A DNA stretch of 50,261 nt, from the NCBI GenBank assembly GCA_002633005.1, contig NMRA01000109.1, forward strand, positions 1-50,261, read 5' to 3'. Positions within the stretch are counted from its first letter, which is position 1. Every line of letters starts with the position of its first letter. This document shows positions 26,201-38,962 of the stretch, in pieces. Made by a program: the position numbers and the translations under genes. Below the pieces are notes generated by a model that made no database searches, was not told the origin of the DNA, and saw nothing but the letters and a program-made list of their open reading frames with translations. This DNA is from Phoronis australis (Eukaryota > Animalia > Phoronida).

Positions 26201-26305
26201 AAATGGTGTAATTCTAAAGTTCAACTAGCTAGCTGTCTTACAAAACGTGGAGCATCCTCTCTTGTTCTGCGAAAAGTGTTAAAGATAGGCATGTTAGAAT
26301 TTTAG
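22461..26305 (+). mobile_element. Decayed Ty1/copia LTR retrotransposon, GalEa-like
   Basis: Putative 5' LTR TGTTG...TTTCA at 22461-22842, tRNA-iMet-type PBS TAGTAGCAGAGCAAGGTT at 22843-22860, ATG at 22864. Gag knuckle CRICNSVFHWAKD; protease ILDTRCSRTLCG; integrase CETC, VDLH, SDNGGEF, SNGTLER; RT ARGFEE, GLNDAS, HVDDL; RNase H FSDAALGNLPDGGSQGG, STLAAET, TDSKSL. Many stops and frameshifts; no 3' LTR seen. Confidence 0.9.
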
Positions 26306-27242
26306 ATAGAATATTTATTGTTATACATATAAGTAAAACTATATTATATTGTTTTTGGTATACGGATTTCACACATGTGCAGAGGACATTCTTTTTAAGT
26401 CCCACGCACTTCATCATACTCCATCATAGCAGTTAACACTACAAGACAGGTTCATCAGCCATTTTGCCACCACTAAAGTGACACCTGTTCTTTGACACTG
26501 GGTTCACGAAAAACGCGGAATTTTAATGAAAATGGAAAAAAATACCTTTAAGAACACGCCTGACTTAATGTCACTAAACTAAAAATTAATAAACCATCTT
26601 TTGAATTATCGCCCGAGGGGCGTTAGCCCCCCAGTGTGATAATTCTAAAAAATCCACGAGAGCTCTAGATACATGTAAGGGGGATAACGACTGAGAACAT
26701 GTAATAATCTGAACGAGAAACATTGCAACGAATCGATCTACCTTTCTCGACTCGCCTCGGCTTTTAACTACTTTTTATGTCAGAGGCCCGGGATCGGAGG
26801 TCGTGACCTTTTAAGAAAAGCCGAGATATTTTTGTAAAATAATGCTTTTACTCAAAACCAATTGAAAAATAAAACAAAATCGAAATAAAGTGAATCTATA
26901 AATTAAGGTTTAGCAACTGTTATAGCTTAGTACACATTTTATCACGCTAAGCTTCGACCGGGAATACATCGTCTGCTAAAGTAGGTTACCACTAGTAACT
27001 GACTATAATGCTCAAGTCAAAGGATCCCGACGACACGATAACCGCATTCAAATTGGAGATTGGTGATTTAAAAGTGAGAGAACACGAGAGAAAAATTTCA
27101 CTGAATTAAAATATCGGTTTTATGGAAATTATGCGTCTTATTTTTCATAGCGTATAATTGTCGGTGCAATGCCCTTTGCTGAACATGCGATTGTTGCGCT
27201 TGCCCATTTAAGTATTCTATTTTCACGTTCGATGACGTCATC

Positions 27243-27314
27243 CGCTGAGTGGTGTAGTGGTAAAGTCGGCGACTCGCAACTGTTGATGCCCGGGTTCGAA
27301 TCCGGCCTCAGTTT
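27243..27314 (+). other. tRNA-derived sequence (pseudo-tRNA or SINE head, Ala-CGC-like)
   Basis: A box TGGTGTAGTGG, B box GGTTCGAATCC, acceptor CGCTGAG/CTCAGTT, loop CTCGCAA. The D, anticodon and T stems are mismatched. Confidence 0.55.
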
Positions 27315-27569
27315 CCCGCCAAAATGTTATCTCACTAGTTTGTATCTGCCATTCAAGGCTAATATTGTGGTATAAATAAAATTATCCATAATTATCTATT
27401 ATACTACTTGGTCAGTTAACTCCTTTTAGGAGTTCTCATGGCCTCCACTGGCGGAACCAGAATGCGTGTGACGTGAGTGGACAAAAGGGTTTTGGCCAAC
27501 ATTCACCATTGAGTAGTATTTGACTATATGTGACATCTATGAAGGAAACCAAACAGTACTCTGCCCTTT

Positions 27570-28135
27570 CACGTGCACAGTTATGGGAACCAGAGAGATC
27601 ACTGTGACAATAATGGAAACTGTATTTTACTGGAAGTGGTATGGGTAGTTATTGACAACAACCCATTTACCTATTTTTGATAGGATTGCCCAATTGCTTA
27701 GTGGCATGTTTGATCGACATGTACGCTTACATCTGTGTGCTGAAATTGACGAGAATTCCTTGAAAAATATAGGAGAGGTACATGTACGATTTTCAAAATT
27801 TGATGACCTTTGCAAAGAAGAATGTAAAAATTCAAAAATAATTTTGAGTTGACTTCGAGTGCAAATTATAAAGTTACTCAGATATGGCGCCAAGCATTGC
27901 AATGCCATTACGTGCACGAGCGACGTATTTCGTGGGTGACAAATTCGTCTGCCAGTCAATGGAACAAAAGCTATGGATCTCAAACTATTTGCAGGTATAA
28001 TAATATTTTTAAAGGATTACGATTTGCAAATATTTAGAACCACGGAATTTGGCATCATGGCTTAAATAGCAACTAGCTGGTACCAGTGCCAACCCGTACG
28101 ACAATCTCTTTCGCTGTGTTTGTGATAGACATTGG
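27570..28135 (+). pseudogene. Decayed reading frame, unidentified
   Basis: One frame (containing ORF 27652..27852) runs about 190 codons with four stops: VFYWKWYG*LLTTTHLPIFDRIAQ...ILS*LRVQIIKLLRYG...IFRTTEFGIMA. Confidence 0.3.
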
Positions 28136-30910
28136 AATTTGTGATAAATGTTTGAGCAAGGAAACAGAATTATCACGTAAAAGCTGTGCCGTTATCAATG
28201 CTTTTAAGAATTATTTGCTGCTGTCATCCAATTTTTGTTCTTCAATATGACATTGGAGTTTTTGTTGGGCGTCCATCTTTGTACTTATTTCGCCGTACAT
28301 GAATGAGATGGTAATACCACGAAGTACATACACGCAATTTGTTTTATTACCACACCTCAAATTCAAAATGTAAAGATATATTCAAATTACCTTGCTACTA
28401 TTCCCATCATAGTAGAGCCTGGAGTCGATTGCAGTGCGAACAGATTGTAGCAAATACATGTATATATGTAAAGCGCAGTGGCCTTGGCATGTAGAACACA
28501 ACAGCTTCTACGAAACACATGCCTCACACTGTGTTGTCTTCCAACAATTTCAGCGTAATACACGCCTCTTTGAACGTATACAGCCCCTGACCCTATTGTA
28601 CCCAGATATAGAGAATCCTACACGAGTCTCGGGTTTATAATAGGGGCAAAAGCTCTTGGAAATGTCGTCAAAATTCCGAGACATAATCATAACTAAGACA
28701 CGCTGACCTTAAAATTTGAGTTAAGGACAGCTTGAGGCTAAAAGTTTTCCACTGGACAGGCTGAACTACATTACACAGCCTCACACTATACAACCAGAGG
28801 ACACCAGACACCGCACAATTCGCGGGGATCATCCGTCACTAAATAATCAGTTTTGTCAATCTTCAATCATAGTGATACACATCAAAGATCAACGATAAAA
28901 AAACTCGTCGAAAAGTTACCTCTAAAACGTGATGTTTTGTCGCTTTGTTTCTTCCGTCCAACTATTTTTGCAATTAAATATTACAGAGGCAGCTCCATTC
29001 ACATTGTTCATCACCAAGGTGGCAAACTATTCGGTTCATCGTAAACCACATGACTTCAACTCTTCTATATGTATCTCATTGGTAACAGATAATTGCACTT
29101 CTAATGGGGCTATTCGGAAAATTTACATTAACTAGAGGGCGCCCGTGTACTAGTGGTGATAGATTAACAGCCTCGATTTCGCGAGCCCTTTAAATACATG
29201 GTGAAATGGCTTTAGGCGTGCCAACTGATTCTGAGATTGCGTGAAAAGGGTGCTTCAATGAGAGAAAGTAAGCACGACCTTATACAAAGGTAAGGTTTGT
29301 GATTATTTTAACAATTATTCCATGTTTATTCTACTGATACCTGTTAACTGAGATACTCGCCGATGTCGACTTCACGGCAGTCGCCAGTCGGATTAATCTT
29401 TGTTTGTTGTGATGCGTGTTACGATACTTGACGTAGCACTCGGGATGTTTTCGTACATGAAAGCAGTATTATTGTTTGGAATGATTTCTAACAGGTTTAT
29501 CAGTGACAGTTACATCAATGAATGCTGAATGTTTAACTCGATATTGGTTAGTGAGTTTACAATCCAAGCCCAATGCCATGGCAAAGGGTACGTAAATATA
29601 CATTAGACTATTTGTTTACTCCCTATCCTGTGTCTTCCGGAAATTTATTACACGTTGAAATGAAAATCTATCATGTCTGTTTCATGTGACGTTTGGTTTT
29701 TAGGTTTGAGGGCTTGTACCGTGCAGAGGAGAAATGCATCGCTTCTGCATCGACCCTGAATGGACAAAAATTGGTTTTAAGCAGTTGAATGCAGTTAACC
29801 ATCCAGTGTACATGTAGATCTGTTGTTAAAGCCTACTTTCTTCATCGGAGACAACGAACAAGCTTTGTTACTCTGGCCCACAGCATTTCCACACACCATT
29901 AGTGCTGCATGGCACAATGCACATGTCAGTGGCCCTGGTGAAATTACCATAAGACAAGGAACAAGAAGAGGAACTATATCTGACTGCTACACAAGTCAGC
30001 CTCGTTGGTGAGGATGGCCTTTCATAGGCAATAAGTCATGTGTGGACAATAGCTTATTTCCTTTCCTGGAAGAAACATGCTGGATTGAAGCTAAAGAAGA
30101 CGTAGTGACATTCTGGTCTAGTTCAGGGTCAGATTTTGGGCACAAAACGAGTCAAGTGATATGCTGTTGTGTTTATCTTCAAGGATCTAATTAGGGCTGA
30201 ATGAGGTTACCTGAAGGAAAGCCACGTGCCGAAACTGGACCTTTTTTACAAGCGCTTCTATAGGGTATTGAAACTAGATCTCTGTGAAATGAAAACCAAA
30301 AGCATCTGGTATAAATACCTGTCATTTCTTACTGAGTGACATTAACTTTCCTTTCAGAAGAAAGGCTTTATGCTAATGGTAAAAGCTTTTCAATCTGGTA
30401 CACATTATGGGTAAATGACATTAGTGACTGCATCGATTGTCTTATTGTCAGTAGAAAGCCCGTTAATGTTACACTTTGATGATGAATAAAATTTTCATCA
30501 TCACGCAAGATTGTCACTAATTATTGAAACCACAATATTTCCTCAGTTTTAAAGCCCCGCACAGTGCAGTTGGGCTTATTCTTTATAAAGCTGAAATGAT
30601 TAGCGATTATGCTTGCAAATTGTCGTTTTCCTCAGTGTTGACCTCTAGAAATGTGCAGCGATCAAAATGAAGTATTCCCTTTGTTTGCATTTGATTTATT
30701 TGTGTGTGTAATTATTTTTAAAGCTTTCTTACGAAGGCCTTTGAATAATTTTAAGTTTTGTGTTAACTTGTCCACAACAAAATTTCCACATGCAAGAAAA
30801 GTATATAAAGAAACAACATTGTTAAAAACAATTGTAATTTTCCCTAGCAATGGAGTCCAAAATCAGGCATATCAAGGGCTGAATTTCTGAATTTTGTTCG
30901 ATTCTCTCAG

Positions 30911-30947
30911 GTTAATGCTGTAGGATTGCTTTTCACTTTATCCAAAG
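30911..30947 (+). CDS. Possible upstream signal-peptide exon of the WSC gene
   Basis: Bounded by ttctctcag and gtaaaa. Reads VNAVGLLFTLSK-G, and its phase-1 end fits exon 32910. No start-codon exon was found. Confidence 0.35.
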
Positions 30948-32909
30948 GTAAAATAGACGGTCAGGTGGCTGGTTTCAGTCGTTTTCTCTCACCTGTAACA
31001 GAATAGCGGGAGAAATATTAACAAATTATAAAAGAAAACACAAGACAAAACTACTTTAGTAAGGCAGAACATACTTGACGTTTCATCTTCATGTTTATAT
31101 GTAGAAACTAATAATCTTTGTACCCAAGTCTTATTTAAGATCTGAATTAAACTATGTGAAACTGGCTAAAACTGATTTAATAATGTGTATTTTTCACGAC
31201 ACCTAAAATGTGCATCTGACCTCAAAAAGTAAAATTCATTCTAGATGTTAATTTTTATTCTAATGCAATGTTATGACGTTTACTGAATAGCTTATTCATC
31301 GGTTAATTCAGTAACTAATCTGGTAGTCCTGGGGGGTGGAGTCCGCCATAAAATAACGAAACTCACTCAGCAAGAGAATTTTATTGGACATAGCATAGCT
31401 TTGAAGAGAACCTGCTGTGAAAGTCATCCTTGACTTCTGAGCGTCACGTAGCATACACCTCTTATATTGGGCGCATTCCTTCCCCTGGAGGACAATATGT
31501 GTATATGTGCTGCTAGCCTACACGGCATCCGAGTCCTGGGCGAGTTTCCGAAAAGAAACACTTAATTCCATTCAATAAACCCGTAACTGGGTAACTGGTG
31601 GGGATAACATCACCGAACGATGTCGATAGAAACTTCATTACTAAAAACTTACCAAGTTACGTTATGTAGTCTACCAAAGGGGCTTCGGCATCGACACACT
31701 TTTTGTCAGTTGGATGACCCTTTTGACCGCAATGCTCTACGAATGTAGTAACCTTAGGTCTTTTGGTAATTTGTGACCACCTGTCGAAGACTTGCACCAG
31801 AGAAAATAGCAATAATAAGGCTTTGCGCGACGACGTATTTTGATAACAATCCGCCTTTTTACCAGCTGTTTACATGCAGACAGCGACACATGCGCAATTC
31901 AATCGCGAATAGCCCCATTCACGCAGAAATCCAAAAGTGAGACTCAATGCGATAAGGAGGCACAGATAAGTTCTCACTGGGTTTTGCCCAGCATAACACA
32001 CATCACTTGATTTGTCACATTTTCTTCACTCTGTCGAAAACAGGATGCAAAGAATAGAGTGACACGTTTTCAGTTATTGCACATAAAAAGCCTACAAATG
32101 AGCAAAGAAACTATTCTCTCTCGTATTTTTGACCCTTTCACTCCCATTAAAAACCAAGCTAGACTAAAAAAATAGGGGCAAACAATGCAAAATCGTCATT
32201 TTTCACCCCAAAAAACACCACTTCTCTGCCGATACACGACTTAATCCAACATTAACAACAGAATGCTTGATAATGCGAAGTCATTGTTCCTATACGGCGT
32301 ATAACTTTTCTGCAATTGGGCTCAGAAAGGCAGCTACAATATTTTCTTGCAAAATTACCCTAGAGAAGGCGCCACCCTCTAAACATAACGAGCTCAGAGT
32401 AGGCCTGGTGGTTATTAACGGAGTATTGATATAAACTTTAAGCTTAAGTTAACGTTTTACGAGCTTTCGATTCATTTAAACACGGATAACCTGAACCGAA
32501 TTGCTAGGTCAATGGTCATTAAGTGCAACAGTGATTTTTGAGCTAAAACTCTCATAATGATGCGTATGTTTTCCATTCCTAATCCGAGTTAAGTCACAAA
32601 CTTTCAGCTCTCTATCGGAAATTCGTGTATTTTCTGAATTTGCAGTATCTATGTTGCAACTACTGTTTAAACGCATGCAAATGAAATTAAAAAATCATTT
32701 GTGACTGGCAATGTATTGTGGAGAAATGATTGTCCAAAAAAGCAAATTACCAGGCAAATGTGCAGATAAGTTGGTGTGCTTTTGCGCAGTGGTGTATGTC
32801 CACATTTTCTTGAGCTTGAATGAATTCCACAAACTTTGGGAGATAAGTAACCTGCACGACTTTTTGTTGCTATTACAAATTGGGATTCAATAATAATATT
32901 ATTTTGCAG

Positions 32910-32960
32910 GTTTTGTCCTATGCAGCGTCCAGGTTCAGACTGTCAAAGGCGCTTTTCAAG
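32910..32960 (+). CDS. Exon encoding the end of the WSC protein's signal peptide
   Basis: Bounded by attttgcag and gtgaga, 51 bp, phase 1-1. FVLCSVQVQTVKG/AFQ splices in frame to VYQGCW. Confidence 0.6.
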
Positions 32961-33045
32961 GTGAGAATCGCACTAGTTGTTGCTGTTACTTTATTCGTGA
33001 TGTCTGCATGTATCGAAGATAGACTACTAAAATATCGGAGTTACT

Positions 33046-33115
33046 TGTGTGTGTGTGCGCGAGCCCCCGTGTGCGTGTGTTTGTGTTTATGTGGGTGAGA
33101 GAGAGAGAGAGAGAG
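33046..33115. repeat. (GT)n/(GA)n microsatellite
   Basis: Visible dinucleotide runs. Confidence 0.9.
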
Positions 33116-33699
33116 CTTGTGCCTGTATTATTACTTTTCCATTGTTTCTATTCTTCATGTGTGCAATAGGATTGATGAGATACAGGTTAATTGTCTGTTC
33201 GTGGCATTTTCCTGCGCCCATGAATTACAATTTAACATATAAGAAGTTTACCACGTGACTTAATCCCATCCAGTAATTCGTGCTGCTGACTGTGCACGTG
33301 GTATTTGACAATTGCCTCACTCTTGGCGGTCTGTCCCACGCTTTTAAATGTTTCCATCATAACGCAACACCATCTAAATGTCCTGCTTTTTAACACACGG
33401 ACGCATTGACATATCATACAAGTTCAAAAATTCACTGACCACATTACAGCCAATCTAATCCAATCTAATGAATCATATTAGGGGTTAGAGAAATTGAGTG
33501 AAGTATGACACCACAGACTTTGGTGGTTTTAGAGGTGTCAGGGTAGCTTTCTGGGAGGGGGGGGGGGCAACATGAGTAATTNNNNNNNNNNNNNNNNCAA
33601 CATGAGTAATTTTTTAATGATCTCAAGCTGCTAGTTATGTGGTAAGTTCATGACCTTTGTAAGCAAAAGCGGCACCTACACTAAACTTCCACTGTAAGA

Positions 33700-34559
33700 C
33701 TGGAACTGTTTCAGTGGAGATACACTCCGTGCTTCTGAAAAACCAGCAGCACATGATTGTACGTTATACCCTTATATCTAAGCAGCCCACACGAGGAAAC
33801 ACGGGCATGTAGAAAACTCCAGAGGACTCGATGCCCTCGAAAAATTACAAAAGATATAGTCAGCCCTTCATGCCTTCTTAGGAGAAGGTTCTGAATTTCA
33901 CTATTTTCAGACCTCACATTTGTGATTTTTCTAACAAATATTATTTTGATACTCATTAACCATGACTGTAGATTGTGAAATGTTTTTGTGTAAACACATA
34001 TCAGGTTACAAACAAAGTTTGTAGAAAGTAAATGTGGTAAATTCGGGTTTTGTGAATTGGCGGTCATTTTGGCGGCCATGTTGTCAGCCATCTTGATTTT
34101 TTCTCTCCAACGAGTGACCAATTGTAAGGTCCAGATATTTTCAGTATTTTTACTTACAAAAAATACAAATTTTGCCATTTTCAGGTCAAAACATAAAAAG
34201 GAATCTTGCAACATGTTCCAAACTGCCGTTTCGGCCGCCATTTTGTCGGCCATAGCGGTTTTATTTTACGGAAAATCGGCATCTCTTGTTTCGTTTGCCT
34301 TTATGAAAAGTATAGAATCATTGATAACTTTTATTGTTTTATTTCCAGCTGACATATATGAGTAACATGTCAGAAAGCAGTAAACAGCGGTTTTGGCAGT
34401 CATTTTCCGCCATCTTGAAAAACCGACTTCCGCCACTCCGATTTCGGTAGACTTTTTTCTGGCACCAAGGGATATTTGAAGATGCCATTTATGCAAAAAA
34501 CATTCTGTTGCATTTTTTTTCTAGATTGGACCCTCTGGAGCCCTAGAATGACTGGACTA
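33700..34559. mobile_element. Academ-like non-autonomous DNA transposon end
   Basis: Terminus ...GAATGACTGGACTA (TAGTCC-type) with repeated GGCGGCCAT(T/G/C)TTG motifs. The left boundary is uncertain. Confidence 0.4.
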
Positions 34560-35539
34560 TTGGTATGGTGTTGTGAAGTTTGGTCAATTTGTGAACTTAC
34601 ATGTAACTCCCAGATTCCTACAGTTATCTACCATTTAGCTCCAAGAGCAGATCTATGGGGAAAGGCAATTTCAGTGATGTGATTATAATGATAAATATGC
34701 CCTTTTCAAGTCAATTTCATTTTATCACAAACGCATAAATGAATAAGCAAAGTTTTACACAATATCAACTTTAAAAAAATGTCAAAAATCTCCAGTGTAT
34801 ACACCATCCTTAACTGTACAACCACTATAGCCAATACCTGAACTTTCTGGTTTAAAGGATATACTCATAGCATACATATGTGGCGGAACGGAAGTTTCTG
34901 TGTGGTTACGTCGCCGTTCGCTGACACCGTTAAGAACACGACACAGGTGGCAATGAGTACGAAACCGTAACTGGTGGAAATAAAGATGGTCATCAAGATG
35001 AAAACCGTGAAGATGAATGTGTGGCTCCCCGAGGTCGCAGTCACGTAGAAAAGAGATCGATATATTGGCTCATCCGTTGTTCACTGTATTTTTTGTTGTA
35101 ATACAGATAATGGCAAACATTTATCGGTAGCCGGTTGATGTGCTCACATGTTGCAATATCCAGTCGGCGCGTGTTCCTATAGCTAACATAGACGCAAGCA
35201 GGAAAACAATGGTAGTTTCCCATAGATACCAACTATGGTGTGGGGTTACGCAGTCGCATGGATGTCACAACTTAAACAATGCCTTGCGACCTCTATGCAA
35301 CGTCGTTTGATACGGACGGACGAAAAATGACACGTGTAGCGCGGGTATGATGTGACAACAGCACAAGCGAGAAGCCGGCCAATAAAAAGATGAGTTACCA
35401 GGGTCCAGGATGTAGTTTTCCTTCTCGAAATCGAAATAGAAATTAAATCTTTCGATTCCTATTCTACTTTTGTAAAATTTATTAACATGTCATGTGCGTC
35501 AATGGCTAACGTTCAGATTATGTTAAATTATTATTGTAG

Positions 35540-35854
35540 TCTACCAGGGCTGCTGGTACGATAATAGATGGCTATCTGAAAGAGCGCTGAACTTTGAAGT
35601 CGAGGAAGAATATTATGATGAATGGGACGGACTAACACAAGACAAGTGCTTCAGAGAATGTAGGGAGAGAGATTACACTTTCGCCGGTGTGGCGTGGGAA
35701 GTCTTGTGTTACTGTGGGAATGCCCTAGGTGAAGAAAAACAACATAAAGATACAAAATGCCGAGTACATAAATGCCGCGGTAACACAAATCAGTATTGCG
35801 GAGGAGATAAAGGATACTACTACGTATGGATGGTGAGCTATGATAAGCTTCCAA
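35540..35854 (+). CDS. WSC (carbohydrate-binding) domain exon of a secreted Kremen-like protein
   Basis: Bounded by ttattgtag and gtaagt, 315 bp, phase 1-1, fully open: YQGCWYD...LTQDKCFRECRERDYTFAGVAWEVLCYCGN...CRVHKCRGNTNQYCGGDKGYYYVW. All 8 WSC cysteines are present. Confidence 0.9.
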
Positions 35855-36859
35855 GTAAGTAGTAACATACTTGTGCTGCAAGATTTATGAACAGTATCTA
35901 CCTTCATTTCCCTTGAAGATTATTAATGTGTGCGTTTTTGAGTAAGGGTCAGCGCTTCAACCTATGATACGAATCCCACAATTGCTTGATTCAAAAGTGT
36001 AAATTTTGCACAAACTTCGGAATCCATATGCTTGACCATACAGTTATAAAAACGCTTTAAATGAACACCAGCGATGTGTGTAAACTGGAAACTTAAAGTT
36101 TTGAATTTGAACTACTCGACATCTACTAACAGCTACCAAGTCTTACGTCTTACGCAGGGCGCCTACTAGGCAAGTTGGCTGAAGCGTACATAATACTTTA
36201 AAACCAGATTAACGCCTCATTCGGCCAGCTAATAGTTAAGATTTTTCCTTGTCAAAACTTTTAATTGAAATTGGTCATCTTTTGGCGGAATTTCGCAAAA
36301 TATCATTGTTCGTCAAGTCACTGGTGTACCATGTAAAGTAGCTGACGATGTGCATCACAAACGCTGCAGGCGCCGTTCGCGTTGTCTTCTTTTGTGGAAT
36401 GCAACGGTTACTAAAAACAAGGATGTGCAATAATTGCTGAGGAAGTTGGGAGCACTGTTAGAAGAGCAACGGATTTCGAAGTCCAGAGAGAAGATTGTAA
36501 AAACAGTGAGTATACAATAGACAATTATTGGTCAGTGCTTAGGATTCTGATGAATTTCGAGAGATGTATTGCATAAAAAGCCCACTACCCGCTTCTGTAG
36601 AAATTTCGTTTGATTCCTTGCTACACGCACTAGTATTTGAACAGAAGTTGGCTTAGTCGCCTTCTAGATTACGAAACATGAACATCGCCCACTCGCAAGC
36701 TCGGACCGTTCTCTAACAACGAGCCCCTCCCGTTTCGTTCGTCGCTTTCTACTTTCTGAGTGTGACTCTGGGAGACTTCAAAAATTGGTGAAAATCAGAT
36801 AGACTAGATCCTCGATGTATTGGCCAAATTTTCTAGAAACGAGTTCTGAACACCGAATG

Positions 36860-37560
36860 ACCCATGACAGATAATTTCTACTTCGAAAAATTCTGTCAGA
36901 ATAGGACGCCTTCAAATGGAATGGGTAACACATCCGAGGTACCACGCAAAACAACATAGGATTTAATGTATGCCACTGACCACTAATTTGCCCGTGAGAA
37001 ATAAAGTACACCTTGGGTTGTGCCAGCCAGAAACCTCTACAAATAACACAAAACGGCATGCCACTAAAATTTTAGCTATTATAGATATGTGAGGTACCGG
37101 TCAAAAATAACAATGGTGCTGCATAGAGCACCGACTTTCAAATGGGAAACAAACTATACTCTGAAAAGGGTTTGCCAGACACCCCAAAAGAATCCCGACG
37201 CAATAAGCTAGCACATACATTCGAGGTATCACACAAACAATTCTGAGTCATTCAATACACGCCCCTGGTTCCTTCACGGCCTAAGGCAAACCAAAGAAAT
37301 TTTGGGTTACACACACCAACCCCCCAAAAAATCTCACCACTGAACATTTGATCTAGATTATGTATTCGAGTTACCGGTCCACACTTATTTCAAACGAATA
37401 ATCGTGTCGAACTGAACACCTTAGGACCTGCTATCAACTAAGTATTCGCCAGATACCCCAATAGGACACCCTCAAAAATAACCAAGCTCATACGAGGTAC
37501 CACAAAATTGATTCCATGTGATTTAATAGATGCCACGTCCCACTAAATGGGTTATGACAG
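36860..37560. repeat. Diverged ~140-bp tandem repeat with alternating monomers
   Basis: GAGGTACCAC/GAG(G/T)TACCGGTC anchors near 36936, 37091, 37223, 37368 and 37494. Confidence 0.5.
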
Positions 37561-38879
37561 ACCAAATACAGTCTGTGTTATGCCTGCGTCGCATTGAATA
37601 ATGACTCCGTGAAAAAATGGACCCTTGGGTTATTTTCTAAGTACAAATACGACCCCAGTCATTTTTTTCACGGGGTCCAAATAGAGGGTGAAGAATTATC
37701 AACTCATGAAAAAGTGACAACGTGTCCTTGAAAACTTGACCTGTAATTGTTAACGATTCCCCCGCAGCACAGGGTTGGGATAAGCGGATATATTACAAGC
37801 ACGCAAAAAGGATCTTTCTGCAATGTTCGATTCGCGGAGGTTTATGTCTGGGGTGACCTCCTCTGTGGGGAGCTCTTGGCGATGATTGATTGTCAAAGAA
37901 TAGGGGACTACAGAGGAAAGGGTGGTGACAAAAAACCTCCAGTCAAGGGAGCGCCAAGGAGATGTCAACAGGAAGGGCAATGTACTTTCGTTAACCAGTG
38001 GGGTGCGACAAGGAGGTGTCAACACGGGGAACCAAGGAGCCGTTGTCGAATGGTGGATGCGGCGAGGTGTTGTCGAGCAGGAGGGACGTGAGGAGCCTGT
38101 ATCGACCGGGAGAGGGAGCACCAAGGGGGTGTCAACCAGAGGGGCAACAGGTTTTCAATAGGAAATATGTTCGTGAGACATGACAAGTGCAGGATTGATC
38201 GGGCACGAGAGATATGCAGCCAGAGCGGTGCATGGAAAGGGATGACTTGGTGCCTGGTGATTGAGCAGAGTGGCGCGAGAGTAGGGAACAGAGCGCGAGG
38301 GTAAAGGGCACATGGTGCTTGCAGACAGGGGATAGTGTAAGGATGCAAGGTTGGTCAGTCCGCAAATCATGGCTATGAGAACTTTCATGTTCGTGAGACG
38401 CTACAATAGGAGTGAATGTGGATTTGCATTCGTGAGAGGGGAGCAGAATACATGATAGTACAATTTTGAGAACCGGCACTGGCGCATGGAGACAAGAACA
38501 AAACAAGAAACTGACCTTGTGCCGGCAGACGAAGGGCACACTCGAATGGGTCCGCCAAAGAGCCAAAGAGGATTTCCAAAATGATTTAGTTCATACACTC
38601 GAGCTACCACAAGTATAACACATACATATGGTTTAATAAAGTCACTAAATACAAAATACTGTCCGAGCTCTGGCTGCCAGAAACACGCAAGAACTTCAAA
38701 ACACGTCATGCTGGTGAAAATGTGTACCTTATATCCACGATCCGTGTTAAGATTGCATGGTGATATTTGTTGCATTTACGTAAAATGTTTTCGCAGACCG
38801 TATTGTGTTTACTGAGCAAACTGCTTCAGCTGTAACTTTGGCTCTTTGAGATTTACTCGAACATGTTTGAAGGCAACAA

Positions 38880-38962
38880 GAAAGAGAGAAACAGAGAGAG
38901 GGAGAGGGAGAGAGAGAGAGGGAAAGGGAGAGGGAGTGGGAGAGGGAGAGGGAGAAAGAGAG
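38880..38962. repeat. GA-rich microsatellite
   Basis: (GA)n/(GGGAGA)n runs. Confidence 0.9.

Noticed and set aside
27243-27314. Functional tRNA-Ala gene
   Set aside because: The D, anticodon and T stems contain mismatches, and the unit lies in repeat-like sequence.
29700-30200. Mutator-like transposase C-terminal remnant (…AAWHNAHV…)
   Set aside because: The resemblance is weak and needs several frameshifts, so it cannot be supported without a search.
33711-34496. ORFs with MADKMAA repeats
   Set aside because: They are translations of the repeated AAAATGGCGG subterminal motif of a DNA transposon.
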